DNA from: Meiothermus sp.
GTDB lineage: Bacteria; Deinococcota; Deinococci; Deinococcales; Thermaceae
Direction of reading: 5' to 3'
Assembly (NCBI GenBank): GCA_033762915.1
Contig: JANRLD010000005.1
Span: 8,568 to 72,567, forward strand
Length of the DNA: 64,000 nt
The position numbers and the translations under genes were made by a program. Positions 51,780 through 61,887 of the stretch are shown here, one piece after another; within the stretch, counting starts at the first letter, position 1; each line of letters begins with the position of its first letter. Under the pieces are notes generated by a model. That model saw nothing but the letters and a program-made list of their open reading frames with translations, did no database searches and had not been told where the DNA came from.

Positions 51780-52226
51780 CTATTTGTCGTTGATGGTCAG
51801 CCCGACGATCAGGCCGACCGCGCCGATGTGGGTGTGGGCCAGCGCCGCCAAAACTGGCCTGGCCCCGTCGAAAGCCTCCCTAAACCCGCTCAGGCTCCAG
51901 ATGGTTACCTCGGCGTCCTGGGCGTTCCATTGCAAGTGAAAGAACGCCCCCATCATCCCCGCCAGAAGCGAGACCCCCATCCACAGCAGGAAGGGGTATC
52001 GCACCAGCGGGCCACGGTGCAGGAACATCGCGGCGGTGAGGGGGAAGCCGACGAGCGAGAGGAAGAGGGGAATCTTGGACTGCCACGACTCGAGGTAGTG
52101 CTTGAGCACCCAGTGCTCTAATCCGTAGAACACGAAACCCACCGCACACAGCAGCAGGAAGCTCGAGCGCACCAACTCCAACAGCCGATCTTGTTCGTCT
52201 TTAGCTCTGATCAAGGCTTCAATCAC
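51780..52226 (-). CDS. Small 4-TM membrane protein (paralog B)
   Basis: AGGAG RBS and GTG at 52226; shares SWQS, GA.FH..WN and GARPVLAALA.TH with paralog A. Confidence 0.75.
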   Translation of the reverse strand: MIEALIRAKDEQDRLLELVRSSFLLLCAVGFVFYGLEHWVLKHYLESWQSKIPLFLSLVGFPLTAAMFLHRGPLVRYPFLLWMGVSLLAGMMGAFFHLQWNAQDAEVTIWSLSGFREAFDGARPVLAALAHTHIGAVGLIVGLTINDK

Positions 52227-52236
52227 GGCGTTTCTC

Positions 52237-52674
52237 CTAGTTGGCCCGGTAGACCGAGAGCAATCCGGTGATGCCCATGTGGGTGAAGGCCAGCGCCGCC
52301 AGCACAGGCCGGGCACCCGCCACGGCTTCCATGGCCTTGTCGAACTCCCAGCTCACCTCGTCGTCGAAGTTCCAGACGATGTGGAAGTAGGCCCCGAACG
52401 CACCAACGAAAACCGATACCCACATGGTGGTGATGAAGAAGATGCGAATCCAGGGGGTCTTGCGGTCGAGGATGATCAGGGCGGTGGAGATCACCCCCGG
52501 CACTGCCAGCAGGAAGGGCAGCCAGGACTGCCAGCTCTTGGCCCAGTGCCCAAGAATCAGCAGCTCGAGGGGGTACATCACCCAGCCCACCAGTACCAGC
52601 AGCAGCATGAACAGGCGGATGAACTCGAGGGCGCGGGTGGTGGGGTCGGGGGCGTTGGTGAAGGCTTTGATCAT
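52237..52674 (-). CDS. Small 4-TM membrane protein (paralog A)
   Basis: GGAGG RBS and ATG at 52674; motifs as in paralog B. Confidence 0.75.
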   Translation of the reverse strand: MIKAFTNAPDPTTRALEFIRLFMLLLVLVGWVMYPLELLILGHWAKSWQSWLPFLLAVPGVISTALIILDRKTPWIRIFFITTMWVSVFVGAFGAYFHIVWNFDDEVSWEFDKAMEAVAGARPVLAALAFTHMGITGLLSVYRAN

Positions 52675-52853
52675 GCAGCAACCTCCAGGGGTGAACACCT
52701 AAAGTGCTTTGTAGGTTAGATTAGTCACAATTGAGCGGGACTTGTGTCCTTGGGAAAGCTGTCCTGTTCGGGAAAAACGGAACTCCTGGCGGCGAAACAA
52801 AGGCCCTGCCGAGCGCACGTCTCAGCAGGGCACTGCGGGGGCGGAATTGTGAG

Positions 52854-53996
52854 CTATTGGCCCCGGAGGGTATTGATGGTGGTCTGGAGCACCTCGCGGG
52901 TCACGCTGGGGCTGTGGACACCCATGCTCTTGTCGAACTTGATCATCAGGTAGTTCCAACTGGCCCGCACAATGGGGTCGTTCAGGGTGAAGACCTGACG
53001 TCCGGCGGGGGCTGTACCCTGGCGGATCTCGCCCAGGCGGACACTCAGGTTTTTGCTGCCCACCATCCGGAAAGTGAACACGATCTGCCCGCCGGCGGTG
53101 CTGATGTCGGCCAGTCCTTCTATGTTCTTCGAGTCCACCGCTACGTTGTCGGTGTATTTTCCGGTCTCGGCGTCGTAGCTCTGAACCACCCGGATTTGGT
53201 CGCGCACCTCGAGCACCTTGGAGAAGATCACCGCGCGCAGCCGATTTAGGAGCAGGCGGGTGGGCTGCTGGACAAACTCCTTCTCCATCTTGGGGCCGTG
53301 GCAGTTGGTGCAGAGGTTCTCGGGCGGCTGGAAGGTGTGGGATTGCTCATTCAGACCCACGTGGCAGGTGGCGCAGGCGTCGCCGGTGAAGAAGGCGTGG
53401 GGTGAGCGGGGGAAGTCGGAGGTGTCGTTGACGAAGAAGAAGTTCTTGCCAACCATCACGTCGGTCTGGGCGGCCTCGTGCGGGCCGCCGTAGCTGGGGG
53501 CCGCCGAGGCGTTCCAGACCCTGCGCCCGTTGCGGGTGTTGTGGCAGGTCATGCACAACGCACCGGCCCCAACGCCCGAGACCGAGAAGCCGGAGGGGAG
53601 TTGGAAGGTGTCGTTGACCACCCGCAGCGCGCCCTTCTCGTTGTGGCAGGTGGTGCAGGTGACCGGCTGGGCCTTGTCCTTGGTCAGGCCCAGGCTGGTC
53701 AGGTAGGCCACGCTGGCGTCCTTGCCGTCGGGGCCCTTGATGTTGCCGGGGTCGCCGCGCAGCAGCTGAGGCAGCCAGGCCCTAAAGCCCTGGTCGCTGT
53801 GGCAGCGCCCGCAGTGGGCGGCGGTGGCCCCCCGCGACTCCACGGTGGCGTTGATCAGGCTGGTGTTTACGTTGTTGTGCTTACTCTGCTCCCACTGGGC
53901 GCGCTTCTCAGCGTTCTGATCCTGCGACCAGACCACTACGCCCCCCAGCGCCAGAGCCAACACCACCACGAACAGCTTCCCTCGAGGGACATGCAT
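52854..53996 (-). CDS. Exported multiheme cytochrome c (5 CXXCH)
   Basis: CGRCH, CTTCH, CMTCH, CATCH and CTNCH; N-terminal signal/anchor; C-terminal DKSMGVHSP. Confidence 0.9.
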   Translation of the reverse strand: MHVPRGKLFVVVLALALGGVVVWSQDQNAEKRAQWEQSKHNNVNTSLINATVESRGATAAHCGRCHSDQGFRAWLPQLLRGDPGNIKGPDGKDASVAYLTSLGLTKDKAQPVTCTTCHNEKGALRVVNDTFQLPSGFSVSGVGAGALCMTCHNTRNGRRVWNASAAPSYGGPHEAAQTDVMVGKNFFFVNDTSDFPRSPHAFFTGDACATCHVGLNEQSHTFQPPENLCTNCHGPKMEKEFVQQPTRLLLNRLRAVIFSKVLEVRDQIRVVQSYDAETGKYTDNVAVDSKNIEGLADISTAGGQIVFTFRMVGSKNLSVRLGEIRQGTAPAGRQVFTLNDPIVRASWNYLMIKFDKSMGVHSPSVTREVLQTTINTLRGQ

Positions 53997-54251
53997 AGTC
54001 TCACCCCCACTTTCGGTGACATGAGAATATCCGTAGGGAATCGTTAAGTGTGAGAGGCAGATGTCCTGATCGAGGTTTCTACGCTATCGATGTCGGAGAT
54101 TTGGTTGGATGCTGGAGGGGTTCTCATTTTCTTGTAGCCTCGAGCTAAGGCTGCGATTACCGGGGATGGCTGGCCCAAAGCCGCCTCGAGCCGGGCTGAA
54201 TTGGGTGCTCTGACCGGAGTCTGGCGGGGTTGTGTGAAAAACTGTAGCTCG

Positions 54252-55430
54252 ATGAATCCGCTGGTGGCCCGTGTCCTAATCGCTTCGTTCTTCTGGGGAA
54301 TCGGTGGCAACCTGAGCTGGTTCTTCCTCAACTTCCACCTCGAGGCCATCGGCTTCAGCAAGACCCAAATCGGCTACGCCAACGCGGTTCCGGCGGTGGC
54401 GGGGGTCTTGCTGGCGCTTCCGCTGGCCCTTTTGATCCCGCGGCTGGGCTACGTGCGCTCGATACTGCTGGGGGCCGGACTCTCGGTGCTGGGGATGATG
54501 GGTGTGGCCTCGGGGCTGGCGGTCTATCCGGGACTGGTTTTGAACGGAGCGGGTACGGGGCTGGTGATGGGTTCGGTGGCCCCGCTGCTGGCTTTGATGG
54601 TGTCCGAGCGGCAGCGGGTGGACGTTTTTACCTGGCAGCAGTCGGTGGTGGCGGGGGCGGGCTTTCTGGGGGCTTTGCTGGGCGGCTACCTGCCGGAACT
54701 GGTGGGGACGGGGAACGTGATGTACCTGGTGGCGCTGGCGGCATGCCTGTCGAGCCTGACCATCTGGGGTATGCCCGAGGCCAGGGGCAGCGCTGAGCGC
54801 TTCTCGTTTCGCAACCGGCGTAACTGGCTACTGCTCCTGCTGCCGCAGGCGCTGGTGGGGCTGGGGGCGGGCCTGGTGGTGCCCTTCCTCAACCTCTACA
54901 TGCAGGCCAAGTTCAGCCTCGAGTACAACCAGATCGGCTGGATCTTCGCCGCCACCTCGATCACCGGGATCGTCATCCTGGCTGTCCAGCCGCTGCTGGC
55001 CCGCAGGCTGGGCAAGGTCGGGGCCATCATGGTGGTGCAGGCCGCCTCACTGCCCTTTCTGATGATCCTGGCCTGGGCGCCCTGGCTGTGGCTGGTGACG
55101 GTCGCGCTGTTTGTGCGCGGGGCGCTGATGAACTCCACCGGGCCGGTTCACACCGCGCTGATGATGGATTACCTCGAGGAGGACGAGCGCTCCGGCTTTC
55201 TGCTGATTCAGGGGGCCACCTGGCAGGTTGGCTGGGCGGTCTCGTCGTCGCTATCGGGTTACGTGCAGGAGACCCAGGGGCTAGCGGGCTTCAACCTACT
55301 GTTCGGGGTGATGCTGGTGCTTTATGTGGCCGCGATCCTTTACTACCCGCTGTTCTTCCGCCCCAGGGCGGTGAAGCAGTCCAACCGCGACGCCGCGCCC
55401 CTCCCTCGAGTCGCCCAGAGCGGCGACTGA
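54252..55430 (+). CDS. MFS transporter
   Basis: About 12 TM segments with RLG loop motifs in both halves. Confidence 0.85.
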   Translation: MNPLVARVLIASFFWGIGGNLSWFFLNFHLEAIGFSKTQIGYANAVPAVAGVLLALPLALLIPRLGYVRSILLGAGLSVLGMMGVASGLAVYPGLVLNGAGTGLVMGSVAPLLALMVSERQRVDVFTWQQSVVAGAGFLGALLGGYLPELVGTGNVMYLVALAACLSSLTIWGMPEARGSAERFSFRNRRNWLLLLLPQALVGLGAGLVVPFLNLYMQAKFSLEYNQIGWIFAATSITGIVILAVQPLLARRLGKVGAIMVVQAASLPFLMILAWAPWLWLVTVALFVRGALMNSTGPVHTALMMDYLEEDERSGFLLIQGATWQVGWAVSSSLSGYVQETQGLAGFNLLFGVMLVLYVAAILYYPLFFRPRAVKQSNRDAAPLPRVAQSGD

Positions 55431-55556
55431 CAGCGGTTGTGCTGGGGTCTTTGCGGAACCGCCGGAAGTCGTGCAAAGCCGCCCCGCAGGCGCCGGCGCA
55501 ACTCTTGCGGGCGATGCGGGGCGGCCTCGCACTTCAATCGTGGGACGCTGCTAGAG

Positions 55557-56099
55557 CTACTTCAGCTGGAACGTCGTCACGCAGGTGTCGCTGGTGGCGA
55601 AGGTAGAGATGAGGCCAGTGGCTGAGAGGCCCTTGGCCCGTACGGTGAGCTGGTAAGTCTGGTCGCGGGGCAGCCACAGCTCGAGGAAGCCGTTCTCGAG
55701 GGTCTTCACGGTGCCCTTGAGGATTTCCTTGCCGCCCTGGGTAACCCGTACCTCGACCAGCGTCCCCGCCAGCTCACCCTGGCAAGCCGACATGTAATGG
55801 GTTTTGCAGGGGTGGGTGCGGCTGACGTAGGGCGCGACCGCCACCACCATCCGGTCGGCGGGCAGCGCGACCTGGGCCTTGCGCCCCCCAATCTCGAAGT
55901 TCACCGCCTGCGGGGTGACGAAGCTCTGCACCGGGGCTTTGGCCACGCCCCAGGCGTTGGCCAGCTCCATCGCCCGCACCGCGTCAATGCCCTTGAGGGC
56001 CTCGAGGCTGGGCTGGGGGACGGGGCTTTGGGCCAGCGCCAGGCTGAGGGCCAGGCAAAGGGTGGACAAACCTAGGCGTGCTCGAGTGAAGGTTTTCAT
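55557..56099 (-). CDS. CueP-family exported metal-binding protein
   Basis: APYVSRTHPCKTHYMSACQGEL, NGFLELWLPR and TCVTT motifs. Confidence 0.8.
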   Translation of the reverse strand: MKTFTRARLGLSTLCLALSLALAQSPVPQPSLEALKGIDAVRAMELANAWGVAKAPVQSFVTPQAVNFEIGGRKAQVALPADRMVVAVAPYVSRTHPCKTHYMSACQGELAGTLVEVRVTQGGKEILKGTVKTLENGFLELWLPRDQTYQLTVRAKGLSATGLISTFATSDTCVTTFQLK

Positions 56100-56354
56100 G
56101 TTTGCTCCTGCCAACAAGGTACAAGGCTATCCGGTTGCAAATGTCCTTATCGCACAATTGCGCCTTCCTGACAAACAAAACCCTCTCCCAGCAGTAAAGT
56201 CCCTCGCGCACCGACCTGCTGACCCCGAAGCAGTGTGACGTGTTTGGCGCCGACATGCCTGTACTTGGGCCAAAAGACCTCGCCACACCTGGCCTCGAGG
56301 CTCTGGCGTTGCTGCTTGCTGTTGCTTGCGGTGTCTCGCCGCTTCTAGCTGTCC

Positions 56355-57935
56355 CTACTGTCCCAGGTCCACGCTGTTGATGTCCACGAAGGTATACCCC
56401 AGGTTGCGGATGTCGCTCAGCATCTGCTCGAACTCCTGCGGGGTTACGCCGCCCGAGGCCGCCGGAGCGCCGAGCAGGTAGGGGTGGAAGAAAGTGCCCA
56501 GCCAGGGGCAGCGCAAGGCCCGGTTGGCGCGGGCAATCTCCACGATGTCCGCCGGGCGGCGGGTGGCGTTCACCAGGTTAGTGTTCTCGGGGAGCATCAG
56601 CGCGCCGGAAACGTCGCGCACCGGGTAGGGGAAGAATTGGCCCAGATAGGTCTGGCCGGCCTGATAGAGGCGGCGCTCGAAGAAGCGGGGGTAGAGGGGA
56701 TTAAGCTGGGGATAGAAGCCGGGGGGCATCATGTAGTGCGGGGTAACCCAGGCCGCCGGGTTCAAGCCCAGGCCGCGCAGGATCGCATCGCCGGTCTGGA
56801 CGCGCAGCAGGGCCTCTGCGGGGGTCATGCCGGGGATGGGCTGGTTGCGGGTGATGTCCCAGAACTCCCAATCGGTGCCCGAGACCCCGCTGGGGTTGCG
56901 CAGACTCTTGTACTGGTGGGTGTAGCCGTGGCCCACGATGCGCCCGCCGATGCGCTCGACCCGGCGCAACTGCTCGAGGGCTTGGGGCCGATCCGTCCAC
57001 TCCACGCTGAAGTTGTTGACCCCGTCCGTGAAGCGCGGGATAGTGGCCACCGCGAAGGGGATTTGCAGCCGCTCGAGCACATCTAGGGCGGCCTGGAGGT
57101 CAGCGGGAGTGTCGGTGGGTTCGGCGTCCTCGAGGCGGATCAGCGCCCTCGGCAGGCAGGTTTCGTCGCGGCCCAGCATTACCCCCAGCAGGTCGGCGAA
57201 GACCAAGTAGCGGTCGAGCTCGTGGGCGTAGGTGAAGGGGATGTCGGCGATGTACCAGAAGCCCCCGCTCTGCACCGCGTAAGGGGTGCGCTCGCCGCCG
57301 GGCTTTTCGGCCCAGGCGTGTACCCGGTTGTCGGGGCCGCTGTCCACCTGGACGATCTGATTGGGCACCACCGCGTCACCGCTGCGGGTGAGTTTCTGGT
57401 AGGCGTAGTCGCGGTAGCGCACGGTGCTGAAGCTGTCATCCACCTCCTCGGCGGTGACGGCGCTGAGGACGCGGCGGTAGCGCAGGCCCAGGCCGGATTG
57501 GCGGTCACCCAGCTTCCACAGGTTGTAGCCCAGCCAGGTGATCGGGCCGCCGCCCTCAGCGTCGCGCAACAGGGCCTCAGGAGGTGTGGCGTCGAAGACG
57601 CTGCCGATGTAAAAAACCCGCAGCACGTCGGCCTCGAGGCCGCTGTAGCTCGAGACCGGTGCGACGCGCACCTTCAGGTCGGGGTAGCGGCCCAAGAGGT
57701 TGGCCAGCAGGGTGGCATAGAGCTGGGCGGCCTCGTCGGGGTTGAAGCCTGGAACCCCCAGCCCGACGCCGGTAAGGTCGCTATTGGTTCCCGCTGTGAG
57801 GTCGTAGAGGATCTGCACGGTGTTGCGGACGGGCGGGGGACCTGGGTCCGGAGGGCTGCTGGAGGCCGGGGTGCAGGCCGCCAATAGCAGAGCCAGCCCC
57901 AAGAGGCCACGCCATACCCAGTCGCTCGTTCGCAT
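56355..57935 (-). CDS. DUF2334/polysaccharide deacetylase-like lipoprotein with intact motifs
   Basis: Lipobox LAAC; RLED, HGYTHQY, TPHY and FFHP motifs. Confidence 0.8.
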   Translation of the reverse strand: MRTSDWVWRGLLGLALLLAACTPASSSPPDPGPPPVRNTVQILYDLTAGTNSDLTGVGLGVPGFNPDEAAQLYATLLANLLGRYPDLKVRVAPVSSYSGLEADVLRVFYIGSVFDATPPEALLRDAEGGGPITWLGYNLWKLGDRQSGLGLRYRRVLSAVTAEEVDDSFSTVRYRDYAYQKLTRSGDAVVPNQIVQVDSGPDNRVHAWAEKPGGERTPYAVQSGGFWYIADIPFTYAHELDRYLVFADLLGVMLGRDETCLPRALIRLEDAEPTDTPADLQAALDVLERLQIPFAVATIPRFTDGVNNFSVEWTDRPQALEQLRRVERIGGRIVGHGYTHQYKSLRNPSGVSGTDWEFWDITRNQPIPGMTPAEALLRVQTGDAILRGLGLNPAAWVTPHYMMPPGFYPQLNPLYPRFFERRLYQAGQTYLGQFFPYPVRDVSGALMLPENTNLVNATRRPADIVEIARANRALRCPWLGTFFHPYLLGAPAASGGVTPQEFEQMLSDIRNLGYTFVDINSVDLGQ

Positions 57936-58212
57936 GTGTTACCCGGTCACTCCTTTCCCGAATCCGGCCTTAGCTGGAGGCTGGCCCGCACCTGCCCCGC
58001 GCTGTGGCCGCGAACGTGGCTCGAGGCTGCGTTCGCCCTGTAGGCCCGGATAGGTTGCCCGCTGTAGGAGCCGAGGCCAGCAGCGGCATAACTGTAGCAT
58101 CGGCCCGCCTAAACCCGAACGTCTTCAGTGACTTTTTGACGCCCTGCGGAACTGCTGTGGTCGAGGCGACCCGCCACACCTGCCGCCAACCGTGAGGGGT
58201 GCCAGACTGGGC

Positions 58213-59796
58213 CTACTTCTCCACTTCGACGCCGTTGATGTCTACGAAGGTGTAGCCGAGGCTGCGGATGTCAGTCACCAGCTTAAGGAACTCCTGGGCG
58301 CTCACCCCGCCTTGGTTGGCCGGCAGGCCCAGCAAGAAGGGGTTGAAGGCCAGGCCCAGCCAGGGGCAGCGCAGGGCCTTGTTGGCCCTGGCCACTTCCA
58401 GGATGTCGGCGGGGGTGCGGCCCGCCCCGATGTAGTTGGAGTTCTCGGGGACCATCAGCGCGCCGGATGCGTCGCGCACCGGGTAGGGGAAGAACTGGCC
58501 CTGGATGATCCGCCCTTCGCCCTGTCCGACTTGGTACAAGCGGCGCTCGAAGAAGCGGGGGAAAGCGCCGTTGACGCGGCCGTAGAGATCGGGCGGCATG
58601 GCGTTGCTGGGGGTCTGCCAGGCTACCGGCTCGAGGCCGAGGTCGCCCAGGATTTTCTTGCCCGCCTCGAGGCGCTGCACGGCCTCTGGCGCTGCCATCC
58701 TGGGCTGGCCGGTGCCCAGGTCCCAGAACTCGCTGTCGGCCAGGGTCACGCCCCCCTGGTACTGGTGACTGTAGCCGTTTTGCACGATGCGCGCTTCGGC
58801 CTGCCGGGCCCGGTTGAGTTGCTCAAGGGCCTCGGGCCGCTCGGCCCAGTTGACCGTCGCCCTGTCGCCGTCCTTGTAGACGGGAATGGTAGAGACCGCG
58901 AAGGGAACCTGCTGACTGACCAGCGTGTCTACGGCGGTCTTGAGTTGGGCGGCCTGGATGACCGGGCTGACGCCCTCGAGGCGGATCACCGCCCTGGCCC
59001 CGGCCTCGCAGACCTCGCCCCGATCCAGCATCGGGCCCAGCAGGTCGGCGAAAACCAGGTAGCGGTCGAGCTCGTGGGCGTAGGTGAAAGGCAGGTCGGC
59101 GATAAACCAGAAGTGGCCGTTGCGGACGGCGTACGGGATCTTTTCGCCGGCGGCGTTCTCGGCCCAGGCCTCCACCACGGCGGCGTTGAGGTTGAGGCTC
59201 TCGGTCCTGACAATCTCGTTGGGCACCACGCTGCCGCCGCTGCGGGTGAGCTTCTTGAAGAGGTAGTCGCGGTAACGCACGGCGCTAAAGCTCGCATCGA
59301 CCTGTGCGGCGCTGCTGGAGGCCAGCACGGTGGGGTTGTTCTTGATGCTCAGGCTGCCCTCGAGGTCTTTGATCTGCCAGAGGTTGTACCCAATCCAGGT
59401 GATGGGGGCCTTGGCAGCGGCGTCGCTCAGCAGCGCAGGGGGCAGCGCTTCGTTGAAGACGCTGCCGATATAGAAGACCCGTACGTAGTCGCCGACGCCG
59501 GTGTACTCGGCGGCCGGTCGGGTCTCGATGCGCAGGTTGGCATAGCGGCCCAGCAAGTTCTGCAGCAAGGCCGCGTAGAACCTGCTGGTGTCGCCGGGGC
59601 TGAGCGCCTGGCCGCTGACTCCGTCCGGCCGAATGAAGCTGTCGGGAAAGGTCCGGGCCGCGCCGGAAGGGGCGCTGCCGTGAAGGATCAGCACCTTTTT
59701 GGGGGGGACGGGGTCGGGACCCGCCGAGCAGGCCATGAGGAGCAGCAGCGCCGCCATGGTCATAAAGGTTTGCAATACGCGCTGACGAAGCTTCAT
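58213..59796 (-). CDS. DUF2334-like lipoprotein paralog with degenerate motifs
   Basis: Lipobox LMAC; collinear with 56355-57935 but reads RLEG, NGYSH, TPSN and AFNP. Confidence 0.8.
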   Translation of the reverse strand: MKLRQRVLQTFMTMAALLLLMACSAGPDPVPPKKVLILHGSAPSGAARTFPDSFIRPDGVSGQALSPGDTSRFYAALLQNLLGRYANLRIETRPAAEYTGVGDYVRVFYIGSVFNEALPPALLSDAAAKAPITWIGYNLWQIKDLEGSLSIKNNPTVLASSSAAQVDASFSAVRYRDYLFKKLTRSGGSVVPNEIVRTESLNLNAAVVEAWAENAAGEKIPYAVRNGHFWFIADLPFTYAHELDRYLVFADLLGPMLDRGEVCEAGARAVIRLEGVSPVIQAAQLKTAVDTLVSQQVPFAVSTIPVYKDGDRATVNWAERPEALEQLNRARQAEARIVQNGYSHQYQGGVTLADSEFWDLGTGQPRMAAPEAVQRLEAGKKILGDLGLEPVAWQTPSNAMPPDLYGRVNGAFPRFFERRLYQVGQGEGRIIQGQFFPYPVRDASGALMVPENSNYIGAGRTPADILEVARANKALRCPWLGLAFNPFLLGLPANQGGVSAQEFLKLVTDIRSLGYTFVDINGVEVEK

Positions 59797-60435
59797 CGAG
59801 GTTCCTCCTGGGCAGGCCGGCGCAGCGCCAACGGGTGGTTTCGGACGCTCCCTGCTTCGGGGCGAGTCGCGAGGAGACCAAACCCGGTTCGCTCAAAAGA
59901 CCATTGTAGGCCGACCGGCCCGAATCAGTTGACGACCTACTAGCCGCATGGTACACACTATCCCGCAGCTCAGGCGTAACCCCCTCTGGGACGGCGCTCG
60001 CCGCTGTAAACAGGGCGTTAAATGCAGGGCGGCCCAGCCCCACGGGGCTGCCGCGCCGCCGGCGGTTTGCCTGCGGCCTGAATCTACTTCGTTACCCCCC
60101 GCAAATAACGCATTACGAAACCCTGGGTGGGCGCTTATGCGATTTCAGGCGGTGGCCAAAGCGCCCCGACGCTTCGAAACCCGAACCGCCACGCAGGTAG
60201 TGCGCCTCCAGGCCGCCCGCTGTGGGAGCTTCCTCGAGGGTTTCGCCGGCTCACTGCGGCACAACATAGAGCGGTTCCCGGTTGGTCGAGCAGCGGGCGC
60301 GGCCGATAGCCAATCCGCCCGCCGCAAACATCGGCGGAGGCCAGGATCGGTCTGTTGCGCGCTGAAGACCCCGCGGCTCGAGGGTTCGCTACCAAAAAAC
60401 GCAGCCAGGTGGGCTGCGCCTTTGTACCGATACCG

Positions 60436-60705
60436 TTAGCTTTGCCAGCGGTCGCGCTGCGGCTCTTGGTAGTGGTACTGCTCTTTCGGGGCGGGCAGCC
60501 TGCGCCACTTGTTGGGGCGGAAGCGGGACTCCATCGCCAGGGCGATGCGTCGCCAGCCGTACACCAACGCCCCCACCACCCCGGCCCCCACCGCCACCAC
60601 CCACAGGGTGGCGATCAGCCAGAAGACCAGGAACAGGCCCACAGTTCCCGCCAGGATCAGGGCCAGGACCCCCAACGGGCCGGAAGGCAGACGGAAAGTT
60701 CTCAC
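60436..60705 (-). CDS. Small membrane protein
   Basis: Two hydrophobic segments followed by a basic tail. Confidence 0.55.
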   Translation of the reverse strand: MRTFRLPSGPLGVLALILAGTVGLFLVFWLIATLWVVAVGAGVVGALVYGWRRIALAMESRFRPNKWRRLPAPKEQYHYQEPQRDRWQS

Positions 60706-60839
60706 CGCTCAAGCCTAGCAAAAAGAGGGTGAGGTGAATGATGCGGGGACGGCGTTTGGGCGCGTGTGACCTGCATCTGTAGGTTATGGTGATTTTTGGC
60801 CTGTTAAGTCTCGATGCTGGCCTATAATGTTTGGGAGAT

Positions 60840-61805
60840 ATGGCAGCTTCAGACAGCCTTCCATTGGTTTTTGCTGCAGCCCTCACCGACCCTGGGCGCA
60901 AACGCGCCCTCAACGAGGACTCGGTGTCGCAGCAGGTCACCAACTACGGGGGCGTCTTCGTGGTTGCCGACGGGATGGGCGGCCATCGCACCGGCGAGGT
61001 GGCCTCGCAGATGTCGGTGAACGCCATCACCGATACCCTCCGCAAGGCCGAGCCCTCACCCAAGGCCCTCATCGAGGCCTTCGAGGTGGCCAACGAGGCC
61101 ATCTACGGCGCCGGCCAGAAGCCGGAGTCGCGGGGAATGGGTACTACCTGCACGGTGCTGTTGCTCGACCTGCCCTACGCCATCGTGGGCCACGTGGGCG
61201 ACTCGAGGGCCTACCTGCTGCGCGACGGCAACCTGATCCAGTTAACCCAGGACCACTCCTGGGTCGCCGACCGGATGCGCCAGGGCCTGCTCACCGAGGA
61301 AGAGGCCCGCAACCACCGCTGGCGCAACGTCATCACCAACGCCTTGGGCTCCTTCCCCAGTGCCAAGGTGGACCTGGTGGGGGTCAAGGTGCGCTCGGGC
61401 GACATGTTCCTGATCTGCTCAGACGGCCTAAGCGGTGTGCTGGAAGACAAGGTGCTCACCGAGATGATGCTCACCAACCCGCCTGAGCCCGCCGTGGCCA
61501 AGCTGATCAAGCTGGCCAACGACTGGGGCGGCCCCGACAACATCAGCGCGGTGGTGCTGGCCATCGGAACCCACGTCCCGCAGGGCTCGAGGCCCTACGC
61601 GCTCCCGTTGGAGACCGCCGACGGCCCTGTGCACCTTTCCAACGGCCTCGACCCCGAGGTGCTCACCACTCAGATCGGCGAGCCCCCCAAGAAGAAGAGC
61701 TTCTGGGAGCGCTACGGCACCCAGATCCTGCTCAGCCTGCTGATCGCCCTCACCGGCCTGCTGATCTACAACCAGTGGGTGCTCACCACCACGCCCACGC
61801 CCTAG
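60840..61805 (+). CDS. PP2C-family Ser/Thr phosphatase with a C-terminal TM segment
   Basis: NED, VADGMGG, HVGDSR, CSDGL and GGPDN motifs. Confidence 0.93.
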   Translation: MAASDSLPLVFAAALTDPGRKRALNEDSVSQQVTNYGGVFVVADGMGGHRTGEVASQMSVNAITDTLRKAEPSPKALIEAFEVANEAIYGAGQKPESRGMGTTCTVLLLDLPYAIVGHVGDSRAYLLRDGNLIQLTQDHSWVADRMRQGLLTEEEARNHRWRNVITNALGSFPSAKVDLVGVKVRSGDMFLICSDGLSGVLEDKVLTEMMLTNPPEPAVAKLIKLANDWGGPDNISAVVLAIGTHVPQGSRPYALPLETADGPVHLSNGLDPEVLTTQIGEPPKKKSFWERYGTQILLSLLIALTGLLIYNQWVLTTTPTP

Positions 61806-61817
61806 CAGCACCACACG

Positions 61818-61887
61818 CCGCGTTTCCGCGAGCCCAGCGCCCCCCTACAGCGGTTTTTGCTGTAGGGAGTATGCGTGGGAACCGCTC
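61818..61887 (+). mobile_element. Shortened/degenerate MITE-like copy
   Basis: CGCGTTTCC...CCCTACAGC-GGTTTTT-GCTGTAGGGAGTATGCGTGGGAACCGCTC|TTA, abutting the stop codon of the next gene. Confidence 0.7.

Noticed and set aside
52854..53996. NrfA nitrite reductase call
   Set aside because: No CXXCK motif, short length and no nrfH neighbour.
57936..60435. Riboswitches in the long leaders of the DUF2334 genes
   Set aside because: I could not match c-di-GMP or c-di-AMP consensus elements by eye; an Rfam search is needed.
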